Numbered from the stretch's first letter, positions 47,858 to 63,229 are shown. The stretch is DNA of 64,000 bases from Escherichia coli (GCF_003018255.1 NZ_CP027440.1), one strand, 5' to 3'. A program made the numbers and translations. Notes: a model not told the origin generated them from the letters alone.

Positions 47858-50530
47858 TTAAGCGATGGTACGTTGGATTTCGATGATTTCGAATACTTCG
47901 ATCACATCGCCAGTGCGGACGTCGTTGTAGTTCTTAACGCCGATACCACATTCCATACCGTTACGGACTTCGTTAACGTCATCTTTGAAGCGGCGCAGGG
48001 ACTCCAGCTCGCCTTCGTAGATAACCACGTTGTCGCGCAGAACGCGGATCGGGTTGTGACGTTTAACCACACCTTCGGTAACCATACAACCTGCGATGGC
48101 ACCAAATTTCGGTGATTTGAATACGTCACGAACTTCCGCCAGACCGATAATCTGTTGTTTCAGTTCCGGAGACAGCATACCGCTCATTGCCGCTTTCACT
48201 TCGTCGATCAGGTTATAGATGACGGAGTAGTAACGCAGATCCAGGCTTTCCGCTTCAATCACTTTACGTGCAGAGGCATCAGCACGTACGTTGAAGCCAA
48301 CCAGGATGGCATTGGACGCCGCAGCCAGGGTAGCGTCGGTTTCGGTGATACCACCTACGCCAGAACCGATGATCTTCACTTTAACTTCGTCAGTAGACAG
48401 TTTCAGCAAGGAGTCGGAGATAGCTTCCACAGAACCCTGTACGTCTGCCTTCAGGACGATATTCACTTCGTGAACTTCGCCTTCGGTCATGTTGGCGAAC
48501 ATGTTCTCGAGTTTAGATTTCTGCTGACGCGCCAGTTTAACTTCGCGGAATTTACCCTGACGATAGAGTGCAACTTCACGCGCTTTCTTCTCGTCACGTA
48601 CAACGGTAACTTCATCACCCGCAGCCGGAACGCCGGACAGGCCGAGGATTTCCACCGGAATGGACGGACCCGCTTCCAGCACTTCCTGACCCAGTTCGTT
48701 GCGCATCGCACGAACACGACCGTATTCGAAGCCACACAGAACGATATCGCCCTTGTGCAGAGTACCTTCACGTACCAGAACGGTAGCAACCGGACCACGA
48801 CCTTTATCGAGGAAGGATTCGATAACCGCACCGCTCGCCATACCTTTACGTACCGCTTTCAGTTCCAGAACTTCCGCCTGCAGCAGGATAGCGTCCAGCA
48901 GCTCATCGATACCAGTACCCGCTTTCGCAGACACATGTACGAACTGGCTTTCACCGCCCCACTCTTCCGGCAGGATGCCGTACTGGGAGAGTTCGTTCTT
49001 AACGCGATCCGGATCGGCTTCTGGTTTATCGATCTTGTTCACTGCAACCACCACCGGAACCTGCGCCGCTTTCGCGTGCTGGATTGCTTCGATGGTCTGC
49101 GGCATTACGCCGTCGTCGGCAGCAACAACCAGGACTACGATGTCCGTTGCCTGCGCACCACGAGCACGCATTGAAGTAAACGCGGCGTGCCCCGGGGTGT
49201 CCAGGAAGGTGATCATGCCGTTTTCAGTTTCAACGTGGTATGCACCAATGTGCTGGGTAATGCCGCCCGCTTCGCCAGAGGCCACTTTCGTTGAACGAAT
49301 GTAGTCCAGCAGAGAGGTTTTACCGTGGTCAACGTGACCCATGATGGTCACAACCGGCGCGCGCGGTTCAGCCGCTGCACCCGTGTCACGGTCGCTCATT
49401 ACCGCTTCTTCCAACTCGTTTTCACGACGCAGGATAACTTTGTGGCCCATCTCTTCAGCAACCAGCTGTGCGGTTTCCTGATCGATAACCTGGTTGATGG
49501 TTGCCATTGCGCCCAGTTTCATCATCGCTTTGATGACCTGAGAGCCTTTAACCGCCATCTTGTTCGCCAGTTCGCCAACGGTGATGGTTTCGCCGATCAC
49601 AACGTCACGGTTAACGGCCTGAGCAGGCTTCTGGAAGCCTTGCTGCAGCGAAGAACCTTTACGTTTTCCGCCCTTACCGCCACGTACTGCTGCGCGTGCT
49701 TCTTCACGATCAGCTTTTGATTCAGCGTGTTTGTTGCCTTTCTTCGGACGCGCAGCTTTCGCGTTACGACCACGGCCACGGCCGCCTTCGACTTCACGAT
49801 CGCTTTCGTCTTCTGCCTGGCGAGCATGTTGAGAAGTAGTAACGTGATAATCGCTGGAATCTTCAGTCGGTTCCGCGTTATCAGTCCATTTGTTTTCTTC
49901 CGCCATACGACGTGCTTCTTCAGCAACGCGACGTGCTTCTTCTTCGAGTTTACGACGCGCTTCTTCTTCGGCTTTACGCTTGAGCTCTGCAGCTTCCTGC
50001 TCACGGCGGGCTTTTTCAGCCTGGGCGTTTTTAGTCATATCGTCTTGTTGATTGCTCACTTTGTCTTTTTCCGCAGCTTCACGTTTCGCTTGTTCAGCAG
50101 CTTCACGCTTAGCTTGTTCTGCGGCCTCACGTTCAGCTTTTTGTTGCGCCTCACGTTTGGCCGATTCTTCTGCCTCACGACGGGCTTGCTCTTCCGCTTC
50201 ACGCTGCGCTTGCTCTTCCGCAGCAAGGCGTTCAGCCTCTTGCGGATCGCGTTTCACAAAGGTGCGTTTCTTGCGGACTTCGATTTGTACCGATTTGCTT
50301 TTTCCACCGGTACCAGGAATGTTAAGGGTGCTGCGTGTTTTACGTTGCAGCGTCAATTTGTCCGGGCCTGAATTTTTCTGATTCAGGTGGTCAATCAAAG
50401 TCTGTTTCTCTTGTGCAGACACAGAGTCGTCAGCAGACTTCCGGATACCTGCATCAGCAAATTGCTGTACCAGGCGTTCCACGGAGGTCTGTCGCTCTGC
50501 GGCCAGCGTTTTAATCGTTACATCTGTCAT
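47858..50530 (-). CDS. infB: translation initiation factor IF-2
   Basis: 890-aa [32 protein letters not shown]; GTPase motifs; charged repeat-rich N-terminal region. Confidence 0.97.
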
Positions 50531-50554
50531 GCTGTTCCTTCCTGCTACAGTTTA

Positions 50555-52042
<1,488 letters not shown>

Positions 52043-52069
52043 CGCGGGCTTTTCACCTCATCCAGACTA

Positions 52070-52522
52070 TTAAAAGTGGGGAACCAGGTTCGCCTTCTGG
52101 ATATTACTCAGCGCGAACACTTCATCTTTACCTTCGACGGTAACTGTGATCATTTCACCGTCTACCGCTTTGATAACGCCCTGCCATTTACGACGGTTTT
52201 GTACCGCCATGCGGAGAACCAGAGTCACCTCTTCTCCGACGAAACGGGCGTAGTGTTCAGCCGTGAACAGTGGGCGATCGAGACCCGGTGAGGAGACTTC
52301 CAGGTTATAAGCAACGGTGATGGGATCTTCAACATCCAGCACAGCACTTACCTGGTGGCTCACATCAGCACAATCATCAACATTGATGCCATCTTCACTA
52401 TCAATATAGATGCGCAGTGTGGATGTGCGACCGCGAATAAATTCGATGCCAACCAGTTCAAAACCCAGGGCCTCAACTGGCGCAGTAATCATCTCTGTTA
52501 ATTTTTGCTCTAATGTGGACAA
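52070..52522 (-). CDS. rimP: ribosome maturation factor RimP
   Basis: ORF track 52070..52534; the 150-aa product (M)[27 protein letters not shown] begins at the TTG at 52522. Confidence 0.88.
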
Positions 52523-52582
52523 GCCCACCCCCAAGACATAAAAAAAGGGCCTAAAGCCCAGTTATTCTGTAGTCAGATAACA

Positions 52583-52608
52583 AAAAACCCCGATAAATCG
52601 GGGCTTTA
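52583..52608 (-). terminator. hairpin with U-run between metY and rimP (probable partial terminator/attenuator)
   Basis: Plus strand aaaaaaccccgataaatcggggcttt; on the minus strand a 6-bp GC stem followed by Ts. Confidence 0.55.
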
Positions 52609-52728
52609 TATAACTGAACCCTATAACCGCAACTGCGGTCTGGAGCACTTTCCAGAAGGATTTTTTCAAATCCCACTACGAAGGCCGAAGTCTTCACAGT
52701 ATATTTGAAAAAGGACTCTAAGGGAAAG

Positions 52729-52805
<77 letters not shown>

Positions 52806-53062
52806 CCTGAAACGTGGCAAATTCTACTCGTTTTGGGTAAAAAATGCAAATACTGCTGGGATTTGGTGTACCGAGACGGGACGTAAAATCTGCAGGCATT
52901 ATAGTGATCCACGCCACATTTTGTCAACGTTTATTGCTAATCACGTGAATGAATATCCAGTTCACTTTCATTTGTTGAATACTTTTGCCTTCTCCTGCTC
53001 TCCCTTAAGCGCATTATTTTACAAAAAACACACTAAACTCTTCCTGTCTCCGATAAAAGATG

Positions 53063-53101
53063 ATTAAATGAAAACTCATTTATTTTGCATAAAAATTCAG
53101 T
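53063..53101 (+). promoter_or_regulatory. argG control region with putative tandem ARG boxes (ArgR operators)
   Basis: aatgaaaactcattta and tttgcataaaaattcagt resemble the TNTGAAT-AT-rich-ATTCA ARG box consensus; assigned by eye. Confidence 0.5.
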
Positions 53102-53137
53102 GAGAGCGGAAATCCAGGCTCCTCATCAGTTAATTAA

Positions 53138-54496
<1,359 letters not shown>

Positions 54497-54503
54497 TTCG
54501 ACA

Positions 54504-56129
54504 TCAACCCTGCCCTTCAGGGGTGGGGTTACCTTGCTTATCCTCTGTAAACTCCTTTCTGAGCATCACATAATCGAAAACATCATGGTTTGCATCCACA
54601 ACCCGTGAGTCTCCTTTATAGTGTGCAATCACTTCCTCCAGCGTTTTCGGTTGTTCCGGCTTTGTTACCCCCATCCACGCATTAATCAGGTAATTATTGT
54701 AAGCTGTGGAAAAGATGTTGTTTTCCGTTGTGCGATCCACGCCATCCCCAAGAACGGGGCTATACCAGATAAACATCGGGACATGATATGCCTGCTGGCT
54801 GGCCTCCCTGCCTCCATGAAAATAGACGTTCTTCTTCGTAGGGTCACGTTCCAGGCCGTGGTCGGCAAAATACATGACCGAGGCGCGGCGATCTTTTAAT
54901 AATTCAAAAACCTGACCTAGCAAACTATCTGTGTAATGAATGGAGTTGTCATAGCAGGCATCCTGATCGTCCTGCGGTTGAAACACGGCGCTGGATTGCG
55001 GATAGGCGCTACAAGCCGGTTCATGGCTTCCATTTAAATGAAGAACAATCAGTTTCTTTTGCTGCGTATTTTGCTGTAATGCTTGCGATAAATGCGGCAA
55101 CAACAATTCATCAAATCCTCTGACATAAACTGTTTCCATGGCGCGCATGGCGATACTGGTAACTGCTGTACCATTCTGCCGAAAAGCGGATTGCGAGCTT
55201 AGCCAGAAAGTCTGAAATCCTGCTTGATTAGCCATATTAATAATGTTGTCCGGGTAATTATGAATGTCATGACTCAAAACGGAATCAGCAGTTAAAGAAA
55301 GGGGAACCGACAGCGCAGTGTAAGGTGCACCGCTTATTGCTTGATTAAACAGTTTGATCTGTTTTCTTTGTGCTTCGACTTGCGGTGTCGTAGAGCGTGT
55401 ATATCCATACAAAGACATATTGTCGACGCGTACAGACTCCCCCACAATCAACACGTAGGTATCAATACCTGTATCCCTGACTGATAATTGAAAATACGGC
55501 ACCGTGTTTGCAATTGAGAGTAATCTTTGATGCTCTTTCGCTGCTAAAGCAAAATAATTGAGATTGAAAAACGGTGTATAGGTAGCAAATCGCGACGCTA
55601 GTATATATGGACTGAACGCTTTTTTATTTTTTGCATCTTTATAAGCAAATTGACAAGCGGAAAATAAACTGCCCGAAATGACAATCAGCAATAATATTCC
55701 TGTCACTTTTTTCGTCGGCAAGGAAACATCATATTTTATTATTACTGCCAAAAAAAGAAGGGATAAAAAGGCAAAAGCACATAGATAAGGGATATACATC
55801 CCCAGCATTTTGACAACTTCATCCGGATCACTCTGCAGCACACTAATCGCAAATCCATCATTGAAAGTTGTACCAAAGGTACACCATGAATAGAGGCTAA
55901 TACTCATGTCTGCCGCTGTCAGTAACACAAATGGTGCGGCAACAAGCAGGCGAAGCGGAAGGGATGATATACGTTTAACAACCAGGATGGTCAGAACGAA
56001 GAACAGCAATCGCTGAACCATATGCGCTCCGGAAGAGGCGACTAAGTTCGTAATACCAAAAACAATAACACAAAGATACAACAACCAATGAGATTTAAAA
56101 CTTCTAACAAATTTGTTGAATACTGTCAT
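54504..56129 (-). CDS. yhbX: putative phosphoethanolamine transferase (sulfatase superfamily, EptA/OpgE-like)
   Basis: ORF track 54504..56162; ATG at 56129 gives MTVFNKFVRSFKSHWLL; N-terminal TM helices then a sulfatase-like domain; convergent with argG across a 7-nt gap. Confidence 0.85.
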   Translation of the reverse strand: MTVFNKFVRSFKSHWLLYLCVIVFGITNLVASSGAHMVQRLLFFVLTILVVKRISSLPLRLLVAAPFVLLTAADMSISLYSWCTFGTTFNDGFAISVLQSDPDEVVKMLGMYIPYLCAFAFLSLLFLAVIIKYDVSLPTKKVTGILLLIVISGSLFSACQFAYKDAKNKKAFSPYILASRFATYTPFFNLNYFALAAKEHQRLLSIANTVPYFQLSVRDTGIDTYVLIVGESVRVDNMSLYGYTRSTTPQVEAQRKQIKLFNQAISGAPYTALSVPLSLTADSVLSHDIHNYPDNIINMANQAGFQTFWLSSQSAFRQNGTAVTSIAMRAMETVYVRGFDELLLPHLSQALQQNTQQKKLIVLHLNGSHEPACSAYPQSSAVFQPQDDQDACYDNSIHYTDSLLGQVFELLKDRRASVMYFADHGLERDPTKKNVYFHGGREASQQAYHVPMFIWYSPVLGDGVDRTTENNIFSTAYNNYLINAWMGVTKPEQPKTLEEVIAHYKGDSRVVDANHDVFDYVMLRKEFTEDKQGNPTPEGQG

Positions 56130-56544
56130 CCAGAAATCCAAGTTCACAACCAATATAAACAATTATCAACAATGTTCAATTTTATATCAGACATGTTTTT
56201 CAACTCTGATCCATATCAGACCGAAACACTGTTAGTTTTTTCTTTTTAAATGATGCGGCCATTGTTCTCAGTAATTAAATAACATTATCAATGCGTCTCT
56301 AAACATTACGCAGAACGTAGCCATCAGTAGTTATACTGACAGGAGCAGGATGGTTTATCGAGAAGTAAACATATCCGTATTCGTACCGGAACTGGAGTTG
56401 ACACAATAAAGTGCCAATTATGTCAGCAGAAGGGAAAAGTTTATAACTAAGGCGTACCGATACCATCGTTTCAAAGTACCAGCTACGAGTAAAGCAACTG
56501 GACGAGATACAGATACCTGACAACCATTCCTCAGACCAGGACCA

Positions 56545-56577
56545 AAACGAAAAAAGACGCTTTTCAGCGTCTCTTTT
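56545..56577 (-). terminator. rho-independent terminator of the secG-leuU transcript
   Basis: Plus strand aaaacgaaaaaagacgcttttcagcgtct; on the minus strand agacgct/agcgtct stem followed by a T-run. Confidence 0.8.
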
Positions 56578-56585
56578 CTGGAATT

Positions 56586-56672
56586 TGGTACCGAGGACGG
56601 GACTTGAACCCGTAAGCCCTATTGGGCACTACCACCTCAAGGTAGCGTGTCTACCAATTCCACCACCTCGGC
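56586..56672 (-). tRNA. leuU: tRNA-Leu (GAG anticodon), 87 nt
   Basis: Reverse complement reads GCCGAGGTGGTGGAATTGGTAGACACGCTACCTTGAGGTGGTAGTGCCCAATAGGGCTTACGGGTTCAAGTCCCGTCCTCGGTACCA. Confidence 0.95.
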
Positions 56673-56686
56673 ACGGATACTACTTT

Positions 56687-57019
56687 TTAGTTCGGGATAT
56701 CGCTGGTCGGCTTAGCCGGAGCTGCTGGCTGAATTTGTTCGGTTTTCGTCGGCGCACTCAGGTTTTCCCATTCGCTACCTTTATTGGTTTTGTTGCTATT
56801 GATGTTACCCAGCACCAGACTGATGATGAAGAATAACGTTGCCAGCAGCGCTGTCATGCGGGTCATGAAGTTACCAGAACCACTTGAACCAAACAGCGTA
56901 GCGGAAGCGCCTGCTCCGAAGGAGGCTCCCATATCAGCGCCTTTACCTTGCTGCAGCATGATCAGACCAACAAGGCCAATTGCCACAATAAGGAAAACTA
57001 CTAAAAGAGCTTCGTACAT
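56687..57019 (-). CDS. secG: protein-export membrane protein SecG
   Basis: ORF track 56687..57067; ATG at 57019 gives MYEALLVVFLIVAIGLVGLIMLQQGKGADMGASFG. Confidence 0.95.
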   Translation of the reverse strand: MYEALLVVFLIVAIGLVGLIMLQQGKGADMGASFGAGASATLFGSSGSGNFMTRMTALLATLFFIISLVLGNINSNKTNKGSEWENLSAPTKTEQIQPAAPAKPTSDIPN

Positions 57020-57202
57020 AATCAACCTGTTCCTTGCGGAGTTGCCGCGTACCAATGCTTCAACCAATAAAGCGGGAGTTTTTAATCTTTCCCACTGAAG
57101 CGGGTGTGAATACTAACCAAAGCGAATGACCTTCGCAAGGGCAATTTTATTGCATTGTATCAACTGCGGAAAAAAACAGCAAAACCGATGTGTTCGCTGA
57201 GA

Positions 57203-57232
57203 AAAAAGGCGACAATCGCCGCCTTTTTAGCC
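57203..57232 (-). terminator. hairpin plus U-run 3' of glmM
   Basis: Plus strand aaaaaaggcgacaatcgccgcctttt located just downstream (minus sense) of the glmM stop. Confidence 0.55.
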
Positions 57233-57246
57233 AGTTATTTATCGTT

Positions 57247-58584
57247 TTAAACGGCTTTTACTGCATCGGCGATGCGGTGTGCAAATTCAGTCACCTGCGC
57301 TTCGTCTTCGCCTTCCACCATCACGCGAATTAACGGTTCGGTGCCGGATTTACGCAACAGCACACGTCCACGGCTACCCAGCGCAGCTTCAACTTCTGCG
57401 GTCACAGCTTTGACTGACTCATGCTCCAGCGGATCGCCGCTGCCTGCTGTGTAACGCACGTTAACCAGAATCTGCGGGAACATTTTCATGCCGCTGCAAA
57501 GGTCGTGCAGGCTCATATGGTTACGCGCCATCGCCGCCAGCACCTGCAAGCCAGCAACAATGCCGTCACCGGTAGTGGTTTTATCCAGCAGGATCACATG
57601 ACCGGAGTTCTCTGCACCGATACGCCAGCCTTTCTCCTGCATTTTTTCCAGTACGTAGCGGTCACCCACTTTCGCGCGCGCAAATGGAATACCTAACTGT
57701 TTCAGCGCCAGTTCAAGCCCCATGTTGCTCATCAATGTACCCACAGCACCACCACGCAGCTGGCCCTGACGAAGACCTTCACGCGCGATGATATACATGA
57801 TCTGATCGCCATCGACTTTATTGCCTTCATGGTCAACCATAATCACGCGATCGCCGTCGCCGTCGAAGGCAATACCGAGATCCGCTTTTTCAGCCAGCAC
57901 ACGAGCCTGGAGCGCGCGAACGTCGGTAGCCCCCACTTCGGCATTGATGTTTACACCGTTCGGCTCACAACCGATAGCGATAACGTTCGCCCCCAGTTCG
58001 CGCAGCACGTTCGGCGCGATGTGATAAGTCGCACCGTTTGCACAATCCACCACAATCTTCAGTTCACTGAGGCTAAGTTCGTTCGGGAACGTGGCTTTGC
58101 AAAACTCGATATAGCGACCCGCAGCATCAACGATACGGCTGGCTTTACCCAGTTCTGCCGAATCAACGCAGCTGATCTCTTTTTCCATTTCCGCTTCGAT
58201 GGCCTCTTCTACCGCATCCGGTAGTTTGGTGCCGTCGATAGAGAAGAATTTAATGCCGTTATCGTAGAATGGGTTATGCGATGCAGAAATTACAATTCCA
58301 GCCTCTGCGCGGAAGGTACGCGTCAGATAAGCCACGGCCGGTGTTGGCATCGGGCCAGTGAAGAGCGCGGAAAGACCGGCTGCCGCAAGCCCCGCTTCCA
58401 GTGCTGACTCCAGCATATAGCCAGAAATACGCGTGTCTTTACCAATAATAATCTTACGGGAGCCGTGGCGCGCCAGCACTTTACCCGCGGCCCAACCCAG
58501 CTTAAGCACAAAATCAGGGGTGATCGGCGCATCCCCTACACGACCACGAATCCCATCGGTACCGAAATATTTACGATTACTCAT
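57247..58584 (-). CDS. glmM: phosphoglucosamine mutase
   Basis: 445-aa [20 protein letters not shown] with the active-site Ser in the SASHNP motif. Confidence 0.96.
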   Translation of the reverse strand: MSNRKYFGTDGIRGRVGDAPITPDFVLKLGWAAGKVLARHGSRKIIIGKDTRISGYMLESALEAGLAAAGLSALFTGPMPTPAVAYLTRTFRAEAGIVISASHNPFYDNGIKFFSIDGTKLPDAVEEAIEAEMEKEISCVDSAELGKASRIVDAAGRYIEFCKATFPNELSLSELKIVVDCANGATYHIAPNVLRELGANVIAIGCEPNGVNINAEVGATDVRALQARVLAEKADLGIAFDGDGDRVIMVDHEGNKVDGDQIMYIIAREGLRQGQLRGGAVGTLMSNMGLELALKQLGIPFARAKVGDRYVLEKMQEKGWRIGAENSGHVILLDKTTTGDGIVAGLQVLAAMARNHMSLHDLCSGMKMFPQILVNVRYTAGSGDPLEHESVKAVTAEVEAALGSRGRVLLRKSGTEPLIRVMVEGEDEAQVTEFAHRIADAVKAV

Positions 58585-59425
58585 AGCGTTTGTTTTCCTT
58601 TGCAGACAGAGTGGCTTCCACCACCCGCATCGCTTCTACGGTTTCTTTGACGTCATGAACACGAATGATGTGCGCGCCTTGCATTGCGGCAATGACCGCA
58701 CAGGCCAGACTACCGCTCAAACGCTCGGACGGCCCCACGTTCAGCAGCTGTCCAATCATCGATTTTCGTGACATACCCACCAACAGCGGCAGGTTGAAAT
58801 GGTGAAATTCAGCCAGGCGCGCCAGTAATGAATAGTTATGGGAGAGATTTTTACCGAAACCGAATCCGGGGTCGAGCAACAATTTCTCTTTTGCGATACC
58901 CGCCTGCTCGCAACGTGCTATTTGCTCAATAAAGTAGCGATTCACTTCTGCAAAGACATCGTGATACTTCGGGGCTTCCTGCATGGTTTTTGGATTTCCC
59001 TGCATATGCATCAGACAAACCGGTAAACCGGTTTCTGCAGCCGCCTCCAGAGCGCCAGGTTCGGAAAGGGAGCGGATATCGTTAATAATGTGAGCGCCAA
59101 CTTTCGCTGACTCACGGATGACTTCTGGTTTGGATGTATCTACCGAGATCCAGACTTCGAAGCGTTGAGCAATTGCCTCAACCACAGGAATAACACGTTG
59201 TAACTCTTCTTCAACGCTAACTTCCGCCGCCCCTGGACGTGTGGACTCGCCACCAACGTCAATGATCGTCGCGCCAGCGTTGATCATCAGATTCGCATGT
59301 TTCACCGCATCTATCAGCGAGTTATGCGTGCCACCATCCGAAAAGGAATCAGGCGTGACGTTGAGGATCCCCATTACGTGAGGATGGCTAAGGTCCAGTG
59401 AAGTACCCTGGGCAAAGAGTTTCAT
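58577..59425 (-). CDS. folP: dihydropteroate synthase
   Basis: ATG at 59425 gives [32 protein letters not shown]; 3' end overlaps the glmM start. Confidence 0.95.
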   Translation of the reverse strand: MKLFAQGTSLDLSHPHVMGILNVTPDSFSDGGTHNSLIDAVKHANLMINAGATIIDVGGESTRPGAAEVSVEEELQRVIPVVEAIAQRFEVWISVDTSKPEVIRESAKVGAHIINDIRSLSEPGALEAAAETGLPVCLMHMQGNPKTMQEAPKYHDVFAEVNRYFIEQIARCEQAGIAKEKLLLDPGFGFGKNLSHNYSLLARLAEFHHFNLPLLVGMSRKSMIGQLLNVGPSERLSGSLACAVIAAMQGAHIIRVHDVKETVEAMRVVEATLSAKENKRYE

Positions 59426-59514
59426 AATGTTATCCCTGGTATGAATTGATAAGAAAAAACCCCGGAGCACGCCCCGGGGTTTTTGGTACAAATACAGTCA
59501 TCTGATGCGGGAAC

Positions 59515-61449
59515 TTACTTGTCGCCTAACTGCTCTGACATGGTGTTACCCGGGTTCGGCGTACGCGGTTCATCAACCGGACGAGGAGCCTTTGGACTAC
59601 CATTGTCGCCAGAATTGTTAGAAGCGCCTGGTTCTTCCCAGCCCGCTGGCGGACGTACATCGCGACGTGCCATCAGGTCATCAATCTGCGGTGCGTCGAT
59701 AGTCTCATATTTCATGAGAGCATCTTTCATCGCATGCAGTATATCCATATTGTCGGTCAGAAGCTGACGCGCACGATTATAGTTGCGCTCAATCAGTGCT
59801 TTCACTTCCTGGTCGATGATACGTGCAGTTTCATCGGACATATGTTTCGCCTTCGCTACGCTACGGCCGAGGAACACTTCACCTTCTTCTTCCGCGTACA
59901 GCAGTGGACCCAATTTCTCAGAGAAGCCCCACTGAGTCACCATGTTACGTGCCAGGTTGGTCGCAACTTTAATATCGTTGGACGCACCGGTAGAAACATG
60001 TTCCGGCCCGTAGATGATCTCTTCTGCCAGACGACCACCGTACAGCGTAGAAATCTGGCTTTCCAGTTTCTGACGGCTAGCGCTGATTGCGTCGCCCTCA
60101 GGCAAGAAGAAAGTCACACCCAGCGCACGACCGCGTGGGATAATCGTCACTTTGTGCACCGGATCATGTTCCGGCACCAGGCGACCGATAATCGCATGAC
60201 CCGCTTCGTGGTAAGCCGTCGATTCTTTCTGCGCTTCCGTCATCACCATGGAGCGACGTTCCGCACCCATCATGATTTTGTCTTTCGCTTTCTCGAACTC
60301 AACCATCGACACAACGCGTTTGTTGCCACGAGCAGCGAACAGTGCCGCTTCGTTCACCAGGTTCGCCAGGTCAGCACCGGAGAAACCAGGAGTACCACGG
60401 GCAATGATTGCCGCGTCGATATCGGGTGCCAATGGTACGCGACGCATGTGAACTTTCAGGATCTGTTCACGACCGCGAACATCTGGCAAGCCAACCACAA
60501 CCTGACGGTCGAAACGGCCAGGACGCAGCAGCGCCGGGTCGAGAACGTCCGGACGGTTAGTCGCGGCGATAACGATGATACCTTCGTTACCTTCGAAGCC
60601 ATCCATCTCAACCAGCATCTGGTTCAGAGTCTGTTCACGTTCATCGTGACCACCGCCCAGACCTGCGCCACGCTGGCGGCCTACGGCGTCGATTTCATCG
60701 ATAAAGATGATGCAGGGTGCCGCTTTCTTCGCCTGTTCGAACATGTCACGAACACGGGATGCACCCACACCGACGAACATTTCTACGAAGTCAGAACCGG
60801 AGATAGTAAAGAACGGAACTTTCGCTTCGCCTGCAATCGCTTTCGCCAGCAACGTTTTACCGGTACCCGGAGGACCGACCATCAGGACGCCTTTCGGGAT
60901 CTTACCGCCGAGTTTCTGGAAGCGGCTCGGCTCGCGCAGATACTCAACCAGTTCAGCAACTTCTTCTTTTGCTTCGTCGCAGCCCGCAACGTCAGCAAAG
61001 GTCGTTTTGATCTGATCTTCAGTCAGCATGCGCGCTTTGCTCTTACCAAACGACATGGCACCTTTGCCACCGCCGCCCTGCATTTGACGCATGAAGAAGA
61101 TCCAGACACCAATCAGCAACAGCATCGGGAACCAGGAGATGAAGATAGAAGCCAGCAGGCTTGGTTCTTCAGGCGGTTCACCGACAACCTTGACGTTCTT
61201 GGTCAACAAGTTATCCAGTAATTTCGGATCCTGAACCGGAATGTAAGTGGTATAACGGTTACTATCTTTCTTGGTAACGTTGATTTCACGTCCGTTGATA
61301 CGCGCTTCACGAACCTGGTCGTTATTGACCTCTTGTAGGAAGGTAGAGTAATCCACCTTACGGCCATTAGACTCGCTGGGCCCAAAGCTCTGGAATACTG
61401 ACATCAGCACAACGGCAATGACCAGCCAGAGTATTAGGTTTTTCGCCAT
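59515..61449 (-). CDS. ftsH: ATP-dependent zinc metalloprotease FtsH (AAA+)
   Basis: ORF track to 61458; [19 protein letters not shown] from the ATG at 61449; Walker A GPPGTGKT and zinc-binding HEAGH motif. Confidence 0.96.
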
Positions 61450-61548
61450 GTCACTCAAGGGATTAACCTCTTATTACAACTGTGTTAAAAACAGCGTCAG
61501 GATACTCTATATCCAGCATCTTTCAAACTTTCGTCTGAAATCTCCCGG

Positions 61549-62178
61549 TTAGGGTTTACGCCCGGTCGCTACAATATACACTTCCCGCGAACGTGCGCGA
61601 GAAGAGTCCGGCTTACGAACTTTGACCTTCGTAAACAGGGAGCGAATTTCCCTTAGATACTCATCGAAACCTTCGCCCTGGAACACCTTCACTACAAAAC
61701 TGCCACCTGGCGCTAATACATCACGACACATTTCTAGCGCCAGTTCCACCAGATACATGGCACGGGGGATATCCACCGCCGGTGTTCCGCTCATGTTTGG
61801 TGCCATATCGGACATGACAACCTGGACTTTGCTGTCGCCAACGCGCTCCAGCAGTGCTTTCATCACCAGTTCATCACGAAAATCGCCCTGAAGAAAGTCC
61901 ACACCAACGATAGGATCCATAGGTAAAAGATCGCAAGCGATGATACGGCCTTTACCGCCAATTTGGGTGACCACATATTGTGACCAACCACCCGGCGCAG
62001 CACCAAGGTCGACAACCGTCATTCCCGGTTTAAAGAGTTTGTCACTTTGCTGTATTTCATCAAGTTTAAACCAGGCACGGGAACGTAACCCCTTTTTCTG
62101 TGCCTGTTGAACATATTTATCGCTAAAGTGTTCCTGAAGCCAGCGGCTGGAGCTGGCAGAACGCTTCTTACCTGTCAT
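61549..62178 (-). CDS. rlmE: 23S rRNA (uridine2552-2'-O)-methyltransferase
   Basis: 209-aa [45 protein letters not shown]. Confidence 0.95.
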
Positions 62179-62303
62179 TTAACTTTCCCATTGGGATAAC
62201 TCATCGTAACCAATTGCGTAAATTTTTACGCGCCTATTTGGCGATATATGGGAGATGGCGGTAGAATGACCCGTTTTCAATCCCAACGTAAGCAAAAAAT
62301 ACG

Positions 62304-62597
62304 ATGAATCTGAGTACTAAACAAAAACAGCACCTGAAAGGTCTGGCACATCCGCTCAAGCCAGTTGTTCTGCTTGGCAGTAATGGTTTGACCGAAGGGG
62401 TGCTGGCCGAGATTGAACAAGCGTTAGAGCACCATGAACTCATCAAGGTGAAAATCGCCACCGAAGATCGCGAAACTAAAACCTTGATCGTGGAAGCTAT
62501 CGTGCGCGAAACCGGCGCCTGTAATGTACAGGTCATCGGTAAAACGCTGGTGCTTTATCGCCCAACTAAAGAACGTAAAATCTCGCTGCCACGCTAA
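62304..62597 (+). CDS. yhbY: CRS1/YhbY-domain RNA-binding protein
   Basis: 97-aa ORF MNLSTKQKQHLKGLAHPLKPVVLLGSNGLTEG; divergent from rlmE. Confidence 0.93.
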   Translation: MNLSTKQKQHLKGLAHPLKPVVLLGSNGLTEGVLAEIEQALEHHELIKVKIATEDRETKTLIVEAIVRETGACNVQVIGKTLVLYRPTKERKISLPR

Positions 62598-62752
62598 GAT
62601 TATCCTAAAGTTACACACATTTGCTGTGTAAAACGAGGGGTTTTCCGCAGGCAGGAGAGCAAAATGCCACGCTCTGTTCGTTGATAAAAGGCCGCATAGC
62701 GGCCTTTTTCCTTTCTTTACAATACATCAACATCTTGAGTATTGGGTAATTC

Positions 62753-63229
<477 letters not shown>

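Noticed and set aside
48155-49174. 339-aa plus-strand ORF plus further frames up to 50381
   Set aside because: Antisense to infB, coinciding with its repeat-rich N-terminal region.
59734-61221. 495-aa plus-strand ORF
   Set aside because: Antisense to ftsH across its whole length; no motifs; shadow ORF.
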